In this document: positions 61,127 to 64,000 of the stretch, in pieces
Layout of the letters: every line of letters begins with the position of its first letter
How positions within the stretch are numbered: position 1 is the first letter of the stretch
DNA from: Sedimentisphaerales bacterium
GTDB lineage: Bacteria; Planctomycetota; Phycisphaerae; Sedimentisphaerales; SM23-30
Assembly (NCBI GenBank): GCA_963666285.1
Contig: OY762711.1
Length of the DNA: 64,000 nucleotides
Direction: 5' to 3' (one strand)
Position numbers and translations under genes: made by a program
The notes under the pieces: model-generated
Database searches by the model: none
Told to the model about the DNA's origin: nothing
Seen by the model: only the letters and a program-made list of their open reading frames with translations

Positions 61127-64000
61127 TTATTCTTTTTCGGTAAGCCCAAGAGCCGCTTTCAATGCCTGCTCTGCCTTTTCTTCTTCCGACAATCTTTCCA
61201 GATGTTCTTCAGGACGAGCAGCGTCAGCACCTTTAGCTTCCAGGCCAAGCTCAACATTATGCTTAACCTTAATACCAAGATACGGTTTGTAAGCAGTACC
61301 AGCCGGAATAAGATGGCCCAGGATAACATTTTCCTTGAGGCCAAGAAGCTGGTCAACCTTACCAGAAATACTGGCTTCAGTAAGAACCCTGGTAGTTTCC
61401 TGGAAGCTGGCCGCCGAAACAAAGCTTTCAGAACTCAATGAAGCCTTGGTAATACCAAGCAGCAAGGTAGAAGCAGTCGCCGGACGGCATTTCTTACCAA
61501 CCGCAGGGTCACCACCAATAGCATTGATCGGCTCATTGATTTTTTCCAGTTCTTCCTTGGTTATCACCTGACCAACTCTCAGGTCTTTGGTATCACCAAC
61601 ATCACTGATTTTCAGGCTGCCCTGAAGTTGTTCATTTGCCAGACGGAACTGATACTTATCAAGTACATCGCCGGGCAGCAGATCTGTATCACCAGGACTG
61701 TCAACCTTAACTTTACGCAGCATCTGACTGACAACGATTTCCACGTGCTTATCATTGATATTCTGTTTCTGAGCCTGGTAAACACCCTGAATTTCATTTA
61801 GAAGGTATACCTGGAGGTCTTCTTCACCCTTAATTCTAAGAATATCATGCGGAACAAGCGGGCCATCAGTTAGCGGCTCACCAGCTTCCACATAGTCGCC
61901 AGAGTGAACAAGCATGTGTTTGTCATGCGGAACGTGATGTTCGACTTCCATGCCAGATTCAGAACGAACAATAATAGTCATCTTACCACGACGTTTATCA
62001 CTGCGAAGCTCAACCTGACCAGAAATAGATGCCATAGCAGCAGGCTCTTTCGGTTTACGAGCTTCAAATACTTCAGTAACACGAGGCAGACCACCGGTAA
62101 TATCCTGAGTACCGGAAATCGCACGAGGCTGTAGAGCCAGAACAACACCGGCTTTAACTTCAGAACCTTCTTCCACCTGGATACGAGCCTTAGCAGGCAG
62201 GTAATGGAAGTCAAGGATACGACCTTCGCTGTCTTCAACCATAATACGCGGATGCTTTTCACCCTTATGTTCGATAACGATCGGGCGGGCAATACCACGC
62301 TCAAGGTCGGTACGAATAGTTTCACCTTCTTCAATATCCTGGTAACGGACAATACCATTAGCTTCAGAAAGGATAGGTACGCTATGAGGGTCCCAGCTAA
62401 ACAGAGGCTGGCTTCTCTTAACTCTATCACCTTCCCGGACAAGAACCTGGGCACCATAGTTTACTTTGAACCTGTCAAGTTCACGCCCTTTGTCATCTTC
62501 CAGAATAATATTGGAATTACGTTTCAAGGAAATAAGAACACCGCTGTCCTCTGGGTCATCAACAGCATTCATATCAATATCAAATTTAATAATACCATCG
62601 TAAGTAGCCTTAACGTCATTTTCCATAACGTTACGCTCAGCAATACCACCAGTATGGAACGTACGCATTGTAAGCTGAGTACCAGGTTCACCAATCGACT
62701 GGGCAGCAATAATACCGGCAGCCAAACCTTTTTCTACAACTTTACCAGTACTAAGGTCAACACCATAGCATTTTGCACAAATACCAATCGGACTTTCGCA
62801 AGTCATCGGACTTCTTACACTGATTGATTCCAAGCCAAGCTCTTCAATCTTACGGGCAGCTTCGGATGTGATAATCTCATTTTCCTGTACCACCATTTCG
62901 TCAGTGATAGGGTTACGTACAGTTTCACGAGCAACACGACCGGTTATAATATTACGCAGCGGAATAGAAACCTCTTCACCCTGATATACAGCAGATTTCC
63001 TGATACCGTTGAGAGTACCGCAATCGTCAATATTAACAATAACATTCTGGCAGACATCAGCCAGTTTACGAGTAAGGTAACCTGAATCCGCAGTCTTAAG
63101 AGCGGTATCAGCCAAACCTTTACGAGCACCGTGAGTTGAGCTGAAATATTCCAGTACGTTAAGACCTTCGCGGAAGTTAGCCTTAATAGGTGTTTCAATA
63201 ATCTCACCAGACGGCTTAGCCATAAGAGCACGCATACCAGCCAGCTGCTGAATCTGGTCAATACGACCACGAGCACCAGACTCTGTCATCAGAAATACCG
63301 GGTTAAGATATTTGTAAGCTCCGGCATCACCTTCGAAAGCTTCCTTCATGTCTTCAACACGCCAGTCAATTTCCATCTCCTTGATCATCTCGCCGGTAAC
63401 TTCTACGCGAGCGTGAGTCCATGCGTCAATAATCTGGTTGTATCTTTCACCTTCGGTCAAGGCTCCGGCATTGAAGTTATCTTCGATCTGATCAACTTTA
63501 GCCTGGGTCTTGCCGATAATTTCCTGTTTACGAGAAGGAATACGCAAGTCAGTAACAGAAATAGACAATCCGGCAAGAGTAGCATATTTGAAACCGAGAT
63601 TCTTGATTTCATCAAGCAGGTCGATCGTATGAGCACGTCCTGAAATTTCAAAACAATCACTAATAACTCTACTGAGGCCCTTATTACCAAGCTGCATATT
63701 ATAGAACGGCATATCATCAGGCAGAATATCATTGAAGATACAACGGCCAACAGTAGTCTGAATAGTGGCACCATAATCGGTATATTTACCGGCAGCATCG
63801 ATAGCACGTTTATTTTCAGGCAGACGGACATGAACTTTTGCCAGAACAGCAACTTTTTTCAATTCGTACGCCATAATTGCTTCAAAGGTACTGCTAAACA
63901 GCATTCCCTCGCCCTTCTTGCCATCGCTCATCATGGTAATATAATAGTTACCAAGTACAACGTCCTGCGAAGGTGACATAATAGGTGCACCATTTGAAGG
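61127..64000 (-). CDS. rpoC: RNA polymerase beta' subunit, 3' part (5' end lies beyond the right edge)
   Basis: [50 protein letters not shown] and GLKENVILG. Confidence 0.99.
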   Translation of the reverse strand, partial: PSNGAPIMSPSQDVVLGNYYITMMSDGKKGEGMLFSSTFEAIMAYELKKVAVLAKVHVRLPENKRAIDAAGKYTDYGATIQTTVGRCIFNDILPDDMPFYNMQLGNKGLSRVISDCFEISGRAHTIDLLDEIKNLGFKYATLAGLSISVTDLRIPSRKQEIIGKTQAKVDQIEDNFNAGALTEGERYNQIIDAWTHARVEVTGEMIKEMEIDWRVEDMKEAFEGDAGAYKYLNPVFLMTESGARGRIDQIQQLAGMRALMAKPSGEIIETPIKANFREGLNVLEYFSSTHGARKGLADTALKTADSGYLTRKLADVCQNVIVNIDDCGTLNGIRKSAVYQGEEVSIPLRNIITGRVARETVRNPITDEMVVQENEIITSEAARKIEELGLESISVRSPMTCESPIGICAKCYGVDLSTGKVVEKGLAAGIIAAQSIGEPGTQLTMRTFHTGGIAERNVMENDVKATYDGIIKFDIDMNAVDDPEDSGVLISLKRNSNIILEDDKGRELDRFKVNYGAQVLVREGDRVKRSQPLFSWDPHSVPILSEANGIVRYQDIEEGETIRTDLERGIARPIVIEHKGEKHPRIMVEDSEGRILDFHYLPAKARIQVEEGSEVKAGVVLALQPRAISGTQDITGGLPRVTEVFEARKPKEPAAMASISGQVELRSDKRRGKMTIIVRSESGMEVEHHVPHDKHMLVHSGDYVEAGEPLTDGPLVPHDILRIKGEEDLQVYLLNEIQGVYQAQKQNINDKHVEIVVSQMLRKVKVDSPGDTDLLPGDVLDKYQFRLANEQLQGSLKISDVGDTKDLRVGQVITKEELEKINEPINAIGGDPAVGKKCRPATASTLLLGITKASLSSESFVSAASFQETTRVLTEASISGKVDQLLGLKENVILGHLIPAGTAYKPYLGIKVKHNVELGLEAKGADAARPEEHLERLSEEEKAEQALKAALGLTEKE

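Overview
This is a chromosomal window from an anaerobic planctomycete, most likely class Phycisphaerae. That is inferred from two LEPR-XLL-type surface proteins, non-cellulosomal dockerins, a DUF1559-like pilin helix and HydE. From left to right it holds: an AT-rich exopolysaccharide operon (hybrid kinase, receiver protein, BcsA-like synthase, TPR/beta-barrel exporter); a solute symporter plus zinc peptidase; guaB; a DtxR-Fur-FeoA triple-fusion regulator with its own operator; giant surface proteins; dinG, hydE, an orphan cheA, murD and sulP; an ECF sigma / dockerin anti-sigma / cohesin-like / twin VIT-vWA locus; a Cache protein plus MCP; nagD, murJ and the fusA-rpsG-rpsL-rpoC block. There are three highlights. 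(1) A 719-nt group II intron without a reverse transcriptase gene (49450-50168, minus strand) is inserted one base after a start codon. Its EBS1/EBS2 read the host RBS-proximal sequence and AUG, it carries a backup RBS+AUG in domain VI, and the host reading frame stays open through almost the whole ribozyme, ending in a TAATG stop/start overlap. (2) The host locus looks like a cohesin-dockerin trans-envelope ECF signalling system. (3) A five-copy, same-orientation, structured intergenic repeat family has conserved ends, a variable middle and flanking direct repeats, and includes copies inside the str operon. All calls come from reading the sequence by eye; no database searches or folding programs were run.
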